Of a stretch of DNA of 64,000 nucleotides, positions 20,217 through 29,134 are shown piece by piece. The notes under the pieces are model-generated. The model did no database searches and was not told where the DNA came from. It saw nothing but the letters and a program-made list of their open reading frames with translations. The stretch covers positions 54,321-118,320 of the forward strand of contig JANNBC010000048.1 in the NCBI GenBank assembly GCA_031385045.1, given 5' to 3'. Made by a program: the position numbers and the translations under genes. Each line of letters begins with the position of its first letter. Positions within the stretch are counted from its first letter, which is position 1. The stretch comes from a bacterium. GTDB taxonomy: Bacteria > Bdellovibrionota_C > UBA2361 > CALJRW01.

Positions 20217-21995
20217 TTAAATAGCTAGATCATAATAAACATACTTCATAGCCTGCATAAAAACTCCAAATCGCTTTAGTAAAATATCTGGTGTTTCCTT
20301 CGCATCAGTTTCTAAAACCCAGCCTAAGTAACCTGTCCCTCTGGTTAAAAACTCCAGTTTTAAGTGATCAAATGCTGATAAACCTTCCTTGATTCCTAAC
20401 TGTCCATTTCCCTCCGTCCTAAAATAGGATTCTCGCAAAGTTAACAGCGTCTTTGCAAACAGTGGACTCCAAGCGACAACAGGCAAGTCTAATATCGCCT
20501 GACAAAGCTTTTCTTCTTGTTCAAAAGTCACACCGGCAGATTGTAAAACTTGAGCGACCGCCTTGGGATCAATATAAATAGAATTTTTTGTTAAGAACTC
20601 ATACAAAATATGCTTTTCCTTTGTCGGATCTAATTCCTTTGCAACTAATTTTTCAGTTGGTCCAGAAATTTTAGTATCATGGATATTAAAAACTTGATAA
20701 AATCTAGAGCAGTAGACATACAATAAATAGTGAATCAATTCTGGAGTTTCTTGATATCCATCGTTATTTAATACTTCCTGAACAACTAATAAGTCTTGAA
20801 TAAATTGTCCTTGAGCATCTAACAATTGTTGTCGAGTTTGTAGCGTTTCGCTATCAGGATTATTTCTGGCGAGAGAACTAATGAAATTTATTTTAATTGC
20901 CAGTGCCTCAACTGGTAAAAATTTTAATTCGGGAGTAGCCTGCCAGAGATCTACTGTAATTTGACGGAGGGTTGTTAAAAGCTCTTGATCCTCAATGACA
21001 CTAGTAAACCTGTCCATCTCAGTAGGACTTAAACTTGTTAAGTGGTGTAACCAATCATGATCAGCCATCTGATATACTGCTTGAATCGCTTGATAGATTC
21101 GCTGATCAATTTTATTTCCAGTGATACTCGCCACCCGAGAAAGAGCATTCATCGCTCGAGCATCAATTTCAACGGTACTCAGAGTTGCTGTATAACTAAT
21201 AATTTGATCTTCAAATCTTCGCGGATAAACTAATTCTGTGAAAGTATGATTATATAAAAAACCACTAACTAATTGTGGATTAAATAAATCCATTGTTGCG
21301 TGCGAAGAGTTGAGATCAGTGAATAAAGGAGAGATAACGACGGCAGAGCCCATAACTCTTCCAGTTCGAAAACTAATTTTAGCATGTAGTTGATGTAAAT
21401 CAGGACATTCCTGATAAGCAGAAATTGAATCTTCTAAATTGCTTAACCTTGCACCTGCATTCTCTAGACTACTAACTACAGCTGAATAAAAACTATCACT
21501 TTGCATTTGGAGAAGTTGCAATTGATGAAGCTTCTCAATAGGGGTTGTCATTAATAAATTAGTAAATTCTTTTTTATTAAAACCACTTCTTGCTCGATAC
21601 TCATTGGTAAAAAATGGATCTAGTAAATCTTCACTTAGATCAAGACAATGAATTTGTGAACATAACGAATACAACTTAACAATTACTTTTTCAGAAGTTA
21701 AGTATTCAAATAGTTCTTGGCGTGATTCACGGACGTAGGTTAGTAGACTTTTATAGAGGATATCAGGCGTTGAATAGAATAGCAGACCTAAAATTTCAGA
21801 ATTTGTACCAGGTTCATTGCCTGTAGAATTTCGACAATGAATTAAGAATGATTCAATTTCAGTGGAAAGCTTTTTAACAGAACCAAGAACATTTTGTGGC
21901 TCTAAAGATACTAAAAAGTTAGCTGACAGATCAGAATTAACCTGCGCTGGAACAGCTACTAAACTTGTTTTTGGTGAACTCTGACCACGAATCAT
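20217..21995 (-). CDS. hypothetical cytoplasmic protein (592 aa, ORFan)
   Basis: Long uninterrupted ORF with neither a signal peptide nor a recognisable motif. Confidence 0.45.
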   Translation of the reverse strand: MIRGQSSPKTSLVAVPAQVNSDLSANFLVSLEPQNVLGSVKKLSTEIESFLIHCRNSTGNEPGTNSEILGLLFYSTPDILYKSLLTYVRESRQELFEYLTSEKVIVKLYSLCSQIHCLDLSEDLLDPFFTNEYRARSGFNKKEFTNLLMTTPIEKLHQLQLLQMQSDSFYSAVVSSLENAGARLSNLEDSISAYQECPDLHQLHAKISFRTGRVMGSAVVISPLFTDLNSSHATMDLFNPQLVSGFLYNHTFTELVYPRRFEDQIISYTATLSTVEIDARAMNALSRVASITGNKIDQRIYQAIQAVYQMADHDWLHHLTSLSPTEMDRFTSVIEDQELLTTLRQITVDLWQATPELKFLPVEALAIKINFISSLARNNPDSETLQTRQQLLDAQGQFIQDLLVVQEVLNNDGYQETPELIHYLLYVYCSRFYQVFNIHDTKISGPTEKLVAKELDPTKEKHILYEFLTKNSIYIDPKAVAQVLQSAGVTFEQEEKLCQAILDLPVVAWSPLFAKTLLTLRESYFRTEGNGQLGIKEGLSAFDHLKLEFLTRGTGYLGWVLETDAKETPDILLKRFGVFMQAMKYVYYDLAI

Positions 21996-22191
21996 TTGCT
22001 AATCGGCTTAATTATTTATCCCTGATAGTTATGCTTTAAATTTGATTCCTATGATAGTCTCGGAAAGAAAATTATAATTCTACTAAGTATTTGTTTTATT
22101 TGGGATTTTTAATCGTAGTAAGGAGGCTCGGAAAGTAACTGTAACTGTATTTAAGGCGTAAGCTTAAAATTTACAGCATGCCGTACTAGTT

Positions 22192-22482
22192 TTAGCGATC
22201 TTGAGCTTTGCGCGGATAGGTAATCTCAGCAACTTTGCAATCATCACGACAAATCAAAGAAACATGGTCGAGGTTTAATTGCATTGTTTCACCTTCAATC
22301 TTAACGGCAACAATCTGTTTTTTATCACTAGCATTTTGAGCTAGAGCACTTTCTAACTGCGAGTATCCATTTTTAAGTTTAATTAGGACGCCACTTTCCG
22401 TAATAATAGTAGCCCCGTCCCCAGCAAAAGCAAAATTGATCGGTAAGAGTAATAGCAAAATTAAAGAGATTTTTTTAAGCAT
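22192..22482 (-). CDS. small secreted hypothetical protein
   Basis: Signal peptide MLKKISLILLLLLPINFAFA; 96 aa. Confidence 0.4.
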   Translation of the reverse strand: MLKKISLILLLLLPINFAFAGDGATIITESGVLIKLKNGYSQLESALAQNASDKKQIVAVKIEGETMQLNLDHVSLICRDDCKVAEITYPRKAQDR

Positions 22483-22730
22483 TTTTACAATTAAAGATAA
22501 GCCTAATTAATTATCAAATTTAACGGCCCCATTTGCAATAGTTTATTATAGCGACAGCTTCCAAATCCCTAAAATTAAGCCTTAGTTGTAGATTACTAAA
22601 AATTACTAGCAATTAGAGGTTAAAATAGCTTTCTACCTCCAGAATCTAGCTTCTCAAATAATTCTTCCACGCACTTTCTTAACAAGCAATTTAGTCTATT
22701 ATACGTTCCAAGATTTATTAAAGCTAAACA

Positions 22731-23354
22731 ATGTCCTCACTCCTTAGTGAATTTCAATTAGATTTACACCTTGTTAAACGACTAGCTAATTTAGATTTTG
22801 CAAATCCTGTTAGCTTGGAACTAAGTTTTCCCAAAGCGCTCTGCTTTACAATTCTTCCTGATGACAAACTTGTAATAATCTTTTCAGAAAATCTGGACTT
22901 ATGTCGTGATGGGCTGCTTAGCTCTGCGGAAAGTGTTATTAGATCCTCCAGAAATTGCCAAGATCCGATTACGACTGTTTCAGAAGCATTAGCAATCTTT
23001 ATTCAAACAAAGAAAGGTTTTGCCTTTAATTTTAGCAAAATGCCTCTTACAACTTCTGATATAGAAATATCTACTACTCCACTATCACTTCAAATCGAGA
23101 CCTTCCCTGCTTTTAATCCTTGTAGTCATTCCAGTGATACTCCAACTATTTTTGTTGCACTACCTGAGATTCCAATTGGAATTAATCCCCTAAAAAAAAT
23201 AAATAACACTGGCCTCGCAACTCTTGTATTAACTACAGAGACTCGATCTGAAACTCCTCAAATGACTCGCGCTGATCGTTTAAAATATCTAGAATCCCGA
23301 ACCATAAATACTAGAAGTGAAAACCCTGGAGAGAGAAATCATCGTCGCCATTAA
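22731..23354 (+). CDS. hypothetical protein
   Basis: 207-aa ORF with no motif. Confidence 0.35.
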   Translation: MSSLLSEFQLDLHLVKRLANLDFANPVSLELSFPKALCFTILPDDKLVIIFSENLDLCRDGLLSSAESVIRSSRNCQDPITTVSEALAIFIQTKKGFAFNFSKMPLTTSDIEISTTPLSLQIETFPAFNPCSHSSDTPTIFVALPEIPIGINPLKKINNTGLATLVLTTETRSETPQMTRADRLKYLESRTINTRSENPGERNHRRH

Positions 23355-23384
23355 ATTAGTTAAGTTTTTTATTAATTAGAAAAT

Positions 23385-24656
23385 ATGAAAGTATTACCTG
23401 CAATTACCAGTCAATTATTAAGCCTTAGCCTATATTGTTTACCAATAGCAAAAGCTGAGGAAAACAATCAGGTAATGCCAAATGCACCAAAAGAAAATTT
23501 GGAACTAACAAAATCAGCAGAAGCACTTACAATGCTCAAAAAATTTGAAGAAACTGGCAGAACAAGGAACTTTGATATTTTAAAAGCTGCTAAGCCAGAA
23601 GAAAGAGTAAGGCTATTACAAGAACAAGAGAAGCAAATCATTCAAGTGATTAATAGCTTAGCAAAACTTTATAATTTGCCTGTTACAGATCCTGGGCTTC
23701 GCCTCACTCCAGCAAACTTCCAAACCCTGACAGAACCATTAATCACGGAAATTTTTAAAGATAAACAAACTATTTTATTCCCTAGATCATTAATCATAAA
23801 TGAAGAAGAAGGAGTCATCCTCTATACTTTACCAGTTACTATTGCCGAAAAATATCAAGAGCGTGTGATCCCACGAGAATATCAAATCGCTGGTTTACTT
23901 AATGACAACAACATATCTCCTGTTAGCTTTCACCAAACCTCTGTTCCATTCTTTGAAGTAATGATCGCCGGGCCCCATGAAGCAATAATCTCCCAAGTAG
24001 CACCCAAAGACTACTCGCTCACAAATAAAACTGGTGCTGTGATCTTTAAAGATCGCCTCGCAGGCGAATTGAAAGCTGCTTCTAAAGGAGTCCCTGCGCC
24101 AATCGAAAAAATTGAGCATGCACTAGCTGTTAGAATTACTACTTTTGCCATGACTGATATGTCACCTGAGGTTCCTCCAATAATGAAATTTGAGGGAAAA
24201 GAATTTCAAAAAGTTCAACTTGGACAACTCTTTGGAGATTATAAATTTTTAAACTCAACTAAAAGTCTTGGCTTAGAATTTTTAGTTTATGATTTGCAAA
24301 TTGCTGAAAAAACTAAAGATCCCCAATATCAGTTATCCCTCCTGATTCTTAAAAAAGCCTTGGAGAATTTTATTACTGAACAAGATATTCGTGGCTCGCA
24401 TCTCAATACTTTAATCGGACAACAAATCGGTGATAACAAACAGTTCTATCCAACACAAATTGCTAATCTTAGAGTAGATCTTCAAACTAAAGCTCCCACA
24501 GCAATCTTGTCAGAATTGTTTTCTATAGCAATAAAGCAAAAAACTACAGACTTAACAGTAACTAGAGTTCCATTGATGGAAAGTTTCTACCTCACTTATC
24601 TAAATACAATGGCTGATGAAGTAGATAATATTAGAAACTCAATTAAGCTAAAGTGA
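23385..24656 (+). CDS. secreted hypothetical protein (423 aa)
   Basis: N-terminal signal peptide (LLSLSLYCLPIAKA). Its 3' end overlaps the convergent 710-aa ORF. Confidence 0.45.
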   Translation: MKVLPAITSQLLSLSLYCLPIAKAEENNQVMPNAPKENLELTKSAEALTMLKKFEETGRTRNFDILKAAKPEERVRLLQEQEKQIIQVINSLAKLYNLPVTDPGLRLTPANFQTLTEPLITEIFKDKQTILFPRSLIINEEEGVILYTLPVTIAEKYQERVIPREYQIAGLLNDNNISPVSFHQTSVPFFEVMIAGPHEAIISQVAPKDYSLTNKTGAVIFKDRLAGELKAASKGVPAPIEKIEHALAVRITTFAMTDMSPEVPPIMKFEGKEFQKVQLGQLFGDYKFLNSTKSLGLEFLVYDLQIAEKTKDPQYQLSLLILKKALENFITEQDIRGSHLNTLIGQQIGDNKQFYPTQIANLRVDLQTKAPTAILSELFSIAIKQKTTDLTVTRVPLMESFYLTYLNTMADEVDNIRNSIKLK

Positions 24657-26780
24657 GCTGTTAAAAAATTCTAATAATTGTTTTAATTCTCTCTTCCCTT
24701 TAAAGGTATAAAGCTTCTGAGAACGATGCTCTGCTGGTAGAGCTATTTTAAAAGAAAGGAAATTAGAGTGAGAACCAGAACCCGTCATGTATAATACCAA
24801 GCGATCTGCTGGAATATTATTTGCAATGTCTTTCAGAGGTGCAAATTTTTCTGAATCAGCAATTCTAATGTCTGTAATCTTAGGAGCAAGTTCCATCATT
24901 AATTCTGCTTTTAAAGGATTTACTCGCTCCAGCGGCATAACAATCAGGATACTCTTAAAGCTTGGAGGACATTTAATTGTTAGTGGTTTAACAAACTCAA
25001 CTATTTTACCTTCACCAAGATCATCCTCCCCACTTTGGCTTAGGCTAACTAGTTGCTTGATTTCACCGTGTTTAGCTTCAAGCCAACTAGCAAACAAATC
25101 AACCTCTTGATGTACCTTACAATGTGATAGCTTATTTACTTCCGTTAATCTTTGTTCGTAGGTAGCTAAAAAATCGGGATTAGTTAAGACATGTTGGAAA
25201 TAAATCCGGCGCATTCGGTGGCTATCTAGCGTACTCTGATAAAAGCTGGAAGTTAAATGATCTTTGATATGTCGACAAATGTTGTTAGCAACATCTGAGC
25301 TCTCCCCATACTCACTAATTGCCTCTCTAAAAAGTCGTCCACACTGATATTTATTAAAAATTTGTCGAGCTTCAATTAGTCTAGAATCCAATAAAATTAA
25401 ATCGGATCTTTTAGACGTACTTGCTAATTCACCTTGATCTACTGCGCTAATTTCACGAGTAACCTGACGAGTTAAGTGCATGACGGCCTCAGGACTTAAA
25501 GTGTCAGGTAAACTTTGAAGATCTAAAGAATTTAATTTTAAAATCATAGCTTTTTTTCGCTCTGATTCTTTACCAAATAAAGCTTGAGCTTGAGTAATCA
25601 GATCCGTCCGCAACAGGTCTCCTCTTTTAACTCCATCAATTAAACTCTGTAAACATTCTGGATCATTATTTACAACAAGATAATTTTGAATCTTTTCTAT
25701 GTATTCAGGAGCCTGATCAAATAGTGCACTTAAGAACTCCGAATTCAAAACCTTGCCCAACTTCACAGTTGAATCAGAGATAGTAATTAGTAATCGGCCT
25801 AAAGGATGATCATTTGAGCTTCCAAATTCAATCAAAAGCTTTAATGCTTCTGATTGATCAAAACTATTTGATTTTGCAACTCGTTCGGCAATTGCCAAAT
25901 ACTCGGGACGTTCTGTTAAAAAATCAAAAATTGTAGCTGCTTCTGAGCCAGCGACAGTAAGAATTGAGATCATCTTACTTCGCTCTCGTCGCTCTAGTTT
26001 TAACAATGCTTGATAACAAGCAACTCCATAATGATATTCAGAAGCATCCGCATTTTTCACTAATAACTTATATGCCGAGTAAAGCTCAGCTGGTTTTTTA
26101 TCCTTACAAATAGCTTGATAAGCAAGTTGATCATTTGCCCAATCACTATGATCCATAAAACTAAATAATATTCCATGGAAAATACCATTGGTGACATTTT
26201 TTAAGCTTGGAAATTCTTGGGTATCAAAAAGATATTTATCAATACATTCCTTCTTAACCCCAGCCATAATCCCCTGAATTTCTTCCGGAAGATTTTCTGC
26301 AATTTTTAAGACAACACTAAAAAAACTTTCAAAGTAGTCGAGTGAAAGTTGCATAATCTTTGGATCTAATGCCCGATTTAGATGCATGATATTTGTTGCA
26401 ATATTATCAGGCAAAATAGTCAAGGTTACGGCGTTACAAGCCTGTGGTGTTAAATCACCATTACTTTTTTGTTTCAAAACCTTGGCAGCATTAAGGAAGA
26501 TATATCTTAAATTATTAACGGTGCGTTCAGTTAGTACTTCTCCAAAATCTTGATGTATCTCACCATTCGCGATTAGCTCTCGACAGGAACGCACCGAATA
26601 AAGGATTATCTTACTAGCATCCTTCCAATTTAATTCAGGAGCTAAAAAAACAAGATCTAGCCACTTAAGCCCATTGTCACTTGGCGAAAAACCTAATTTG
26701 CGTAGTTCATCTAAACTTCGATCAAAAAGTTGATTAATCTGCTCTCTGATTGGCTTTTCTGGTTCTATTCCAGGAATCAT
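24648..26780 (-). CDS. hypothetical cytoplasmic protein (710 aa, ORFan)
   Basis: Long ORF with no recognisable catalytic motif. Confidence 0.5.
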   Translation of the reverse strand: MIPGIEPEKPIREQINQLFDRSLDELRKLGFSPSDNGLKWLDLVFLAPELNWKDASKIILYSVRSCRELIANGEIHQDFGEVLTERTVNNLRYIFLNAAKVLKQKSNGDLTPQACNAVTLTILPDNIATNIMHLNRALDPKIMQLSLDYFESFFSVVLKIAENLPEEIQGIMAGVKKECIDKYLFDTQEFPSLKNVTNGIFHGILFSFMDHSDWANDQLAYQAICKDKKPAELYSAYKLLVKNADASEYHYGVACYQALLKLERRERSKMISILTVAGSEAATIFDFLTERPEYLAIAERVAKSNSFDQSEALKLLIEFGSSNDHPLGRLLITISDSTVKLGKVLNSEFLSALFDQAPEYIEKIQNYLVVNNDPECLQSLIDGVKRGDLLRTDLITQAQALFGKESERKKAMILKLNSLDLQSLPDTLSPEAVMHLTRQVTREISAVDQGELASTSKRSDLILLDSRLIEARQIFNKYQCGRLFREAISEYGESSDVANNICRHIKDHLTSSFYQSTLDSHRMRRIYFQHVLTNPDFLATYEQRLTEVNKLSHCKVHQEVDLFASWLEAKHGEIKQLVSLSQSGEDDLGEGKIVEFVKPLTIKCPPSFKSILIVMPLERVNPLKAELMMELAPKITDIRIADSEKFAPLKDIANNIPADRLVLYMTGSGSHSNFLSFKIALPAEHRSQKLYTFKGKRELKQLLEFFNSSL

Positions 26781-26924
26781 AATTTATGGTGATTTTGATA
26801 TAATTAGTAACAGCACTAAGTTACTTAGTTATGCTAGTTAAAAAATAACTGTTACCATTTCTTTAATTTTTAGTAAGCGTTCAGGTAGTCATTATAAAGA
26901 AAGATCAAATCCCCTTTAAGGGGT

Positions 26925-27105
26925 CAATTTACGAAGTAAATTGGGGGTAGCTTGGTCCTCCCGTAGCTTTAGCGAAGGGGGAGAGACGACTAGCCGTTCA
27001 CACCACTGGACAAAATCGTTCAGATTTTGACAAAGAAACAGCTGGATCTGCTTTCTTTGAGCATCTTGGCAAAAGACTTTTACCTAACACGTGAACGGCT
27101 ATAAT
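26925..27105. ncRNA. GC-rich structured island in a divergent intergenic region (candidate non-coding or cis-regulatory RNA, family unassigned)
   Basis: Local GC is far above the surroundings (e.g. ggggtagcttggtcctcccgtagctttagcgaagggggagagacgac). An 11-bp closing pair agccgttcac(26991-27001)/gtgaacggct(27091-27101) encloses two internal hairpins, caaaatc/gattttg and caaagaaacag/ctgctttctttg. Confidence 0.3.
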
Positions 27106-27211
27106 TTTTACGCATCAGTTATAATAGACTAACTAGCTGTAATTACTACTAATCTGACAAGGGCATTAGCAACCATGGAGTATTTCGCTATCGATCAGAC
27201 TTGTAGCACTA

Positions 27212-27220
27212 TGCTATAAT
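27212..27220 (+). promoter_or_regulatory. extended -10 element TGcTATAAT, 7 nt upstream of the ATG at 27228 (leaderless-type promoter candidate)
   Basis: TGnTATAAT read directly from the sequence; no SD between it and the ATG. Confidence 0.35.
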
Positions 27221-27227
27221 ACTGTTT

Positions 27228-27839
27228 ATGAGAAAATTTCCGATACTCTTACTCCTAATTAGTAATCTTGCCATGGCAGAGATTTATAATTGCAATGGAA
27301 CTTGGTCTAACAAACCTTGCCCTGAAGGGGGAGCACTTGAATCAATCGTAGAAATCAAACGAGCGCCTCAAACTCCTGAGGAGATATCGGCTAGTCAAAA
27401 GAAAATGATTGTTCACGATCTCCAAACTCTTAAATTTAATGCGGAACGCGAAACTGGATTAATGTTTGTTATTTCTGATATCCTAGCAATTTGTAATAGT
27501 CAGGACGCCACCCTAGAGGACTGCACAGAAAAGGCTAATCAGAAAGTTGATAGTATTACGAAGTCGCTTACTGATGTTAAAATTAGTCGTGAAAATAATA
27601 AGACAAAAAAGCCTGAAGATCAGCAGGTAAGCGATCCCACAACTGATAAAAACGTCTCAATTACAGTAGTTGAAAACCGCGACCCCTACTACAAACGCTT
27701 TCCATGGTATCGACCTACTCGACCAAAACCATTCCCAACAAGTGAGCCAGATCGACCTGTTATTCAGCCACCAGTAACTCCTGAACCTCCAGTGAAACAA
27801 CCAGGGAAGCAAAGTGGTGGTGGAATTGGAATTAAATAA
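27228..27839 (+). CDS. secreted protein with a Pro-rich C-terminal tail
   Basis: Signal peptide MRKFPILLLLISNLAMA; Cys pairs; C-terminal PTRPKPFPTSEPDRPVIQPPVTPEPPVKQP. Confidence 0.45.
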   Translation: MRKFPILLLLISNLAMAEIYNCNGTWSNKPCPEGGALESIVEIKRAPQTPEEISASQKKMIVHDLQTLKFNAERETGLMFVISDILAICNSQDATLEDCTEKANQKVDSITKSLTDVKISRENNKTKKPEDQQVSDPTTDKNVSITVVENRDPYYKRFPWYRPTRPKPFPTSEPDRPVIQPPVTPEPPVKQPGKQSGGGIGIK

Positions 27840-27845
27840 GACTAA

Positions 27846-29048
27846 TTAGTTATCAGAAAAAACTTCTTCTAAAAGTTGCTTATAACTTTGTGGATGATGA
27901 AACTCAGGTTCTTCACGATTGTTTAATAAATGTACTGTTTCATTATATCCCCGCTCAATTAAACCTTGAATGTAATCAGGATCAAGGGCGACATAGGATA
28001 ATGTTTCATAGGCGACTTCTTCCCCTAATCTATTCTTTAAAATCTTAAAAATTGGCCAGATTGGGCCTACCGCACCAATAAACTTTCGAGACGAAGTATT
28101 TACAGAATTTTTTAAAAGTTCCCCCAGTGGTTTACGACAACGGATCACAAAAGTTTCCGGTGGTCGTAGACAAAAAGTCTTTTCTTGCGCTTCAACTTCC
28201 CAAGATGGACGTGTATCTAAAGAACTATTCTGGCGATTTAACCACCAATCTCTTCCGGAAATATCAATTGAGATAATTCGCTCTGCTCCCATCCGCACAG
28301 CTGGATCAACTGGAACATTCTGAGAAATACCACCATCAACTAAGCGCACAGTTCCTTCCTTGGTATCAAGTTCAACTGGTGGCAAGACAGAAGGTAGAGC
28401 TGCTGAGGCAAATCCATGCTTAGCCTGTAAAGAATCTACATAACAAACATCAAAACTTGCTCCTAACATCGCCGGTGACTCCAGCTCTTTATGAGAACTA
28501 ACAAATAATAATGGTCGACGAGTCTCCCCCTCGATTGTTGTCATTACTCCAACAGACTCTAATTGCGACAAACGGTTATTAGGATGAAGTCCGCCATGAT
28601 CATTAATGACTTGATCCACTCGCTCCATTAATGGTCGAGGATTAAAAATTGATTCGGTATTAGAATTAGGGCCGGGATTTAAAGATTGGATAGCGGCAAC
28701 TTTGATTGCTCGAAAAAAAGAAGCTGAAGGACTGTCGGCAAAGGTATTACGAAAAGTTCGCTCCTTCCAAAGCTCCTCGGTAACTTCTACGGCATGAGCA
28801 ATTCCCTCTTTTAAACAAGCACTAATCAATAAACCATTAATGGCTCCAAGGCTGGAACCAATCACTACCTTAATTGGATTATGTTCTTGATCTTGTAGAT
28901 AGGGGATTAGGGCCTTTAATGCACCAATTTGATAAGCTGCCCTACTTCCACCACCCGATAAAACTAAGCCGATAGCTCCTGCTCTTGTTGACCAGGGTGT
29001 TTTGTTTAAAATTGCTTTTTCTTGAAGATTTCTTGGGTGACGTCGCAT
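27846..29048 (-). CDS. patatin-like phospholipase
   Basis: Oxyanion GGGSRAAYQIG, nucleophile elbow GSSLG, and DGG catalytic Asp (VDGGISQN). 400 aa, including a C-terminal extension. Confidence 0.7.
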   Translation of the reverse strand: MRRHPRNLQEKAILNKTPWSTRAGAIGLVLSGGGSRAAYQIGALKALIPYLQDQEHNPIKVVIGSSLGAINGLLISACLKEGIAHAVEVTEELWKERTFRNTFADSPSASFFRAIKVAAIQSLNPGPNSNTESIFNPRPLMERVDQVINDHGGLHPNNRLSQLESVGVMTTIEGETRRPLLFVSSHKELESPAMLGASFDVCYVDSLQAKHGFASAALPSVLPPVELDTKEGTVRLVDGGISQNVPVDPAVRMGAERIISIDISGRDWWLNRQNSSLDTRPSWEVEAQEKTFCLRPPETFVIRCRKPLGELLKNSVNTSSRKFIGAVGPIWPIFKILKNRLGEEVAYETLSYVALDPDYIQGLIERGYNETVHLLNNREEPEFHHPQSYKQLLEEVFSDN

Positions 29049-29134
29049 AATTAATTTAGTAGTGTATCGCTGCTGTAAACATTTCTACTTACTGTTAGGA
29101 TGCACCTAACTGAACATTTTATTTAAACAAATTC

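Noticed and set aside
26925-27105. Assigning the GC-rich island to SRP RNA, tmRNA, RNase P or 6S RNA
   Set aside because: It lacks the hallmark motifs: SRP domain IV GGAA tetraloop context, tmRNA GGGG…UUCGAC 5' end and tag frame, RNase P GGAAAGUCCGG / GGUAAGAGCGCACC, or a 6S central bubble. It is kept as an unassigned structured element.
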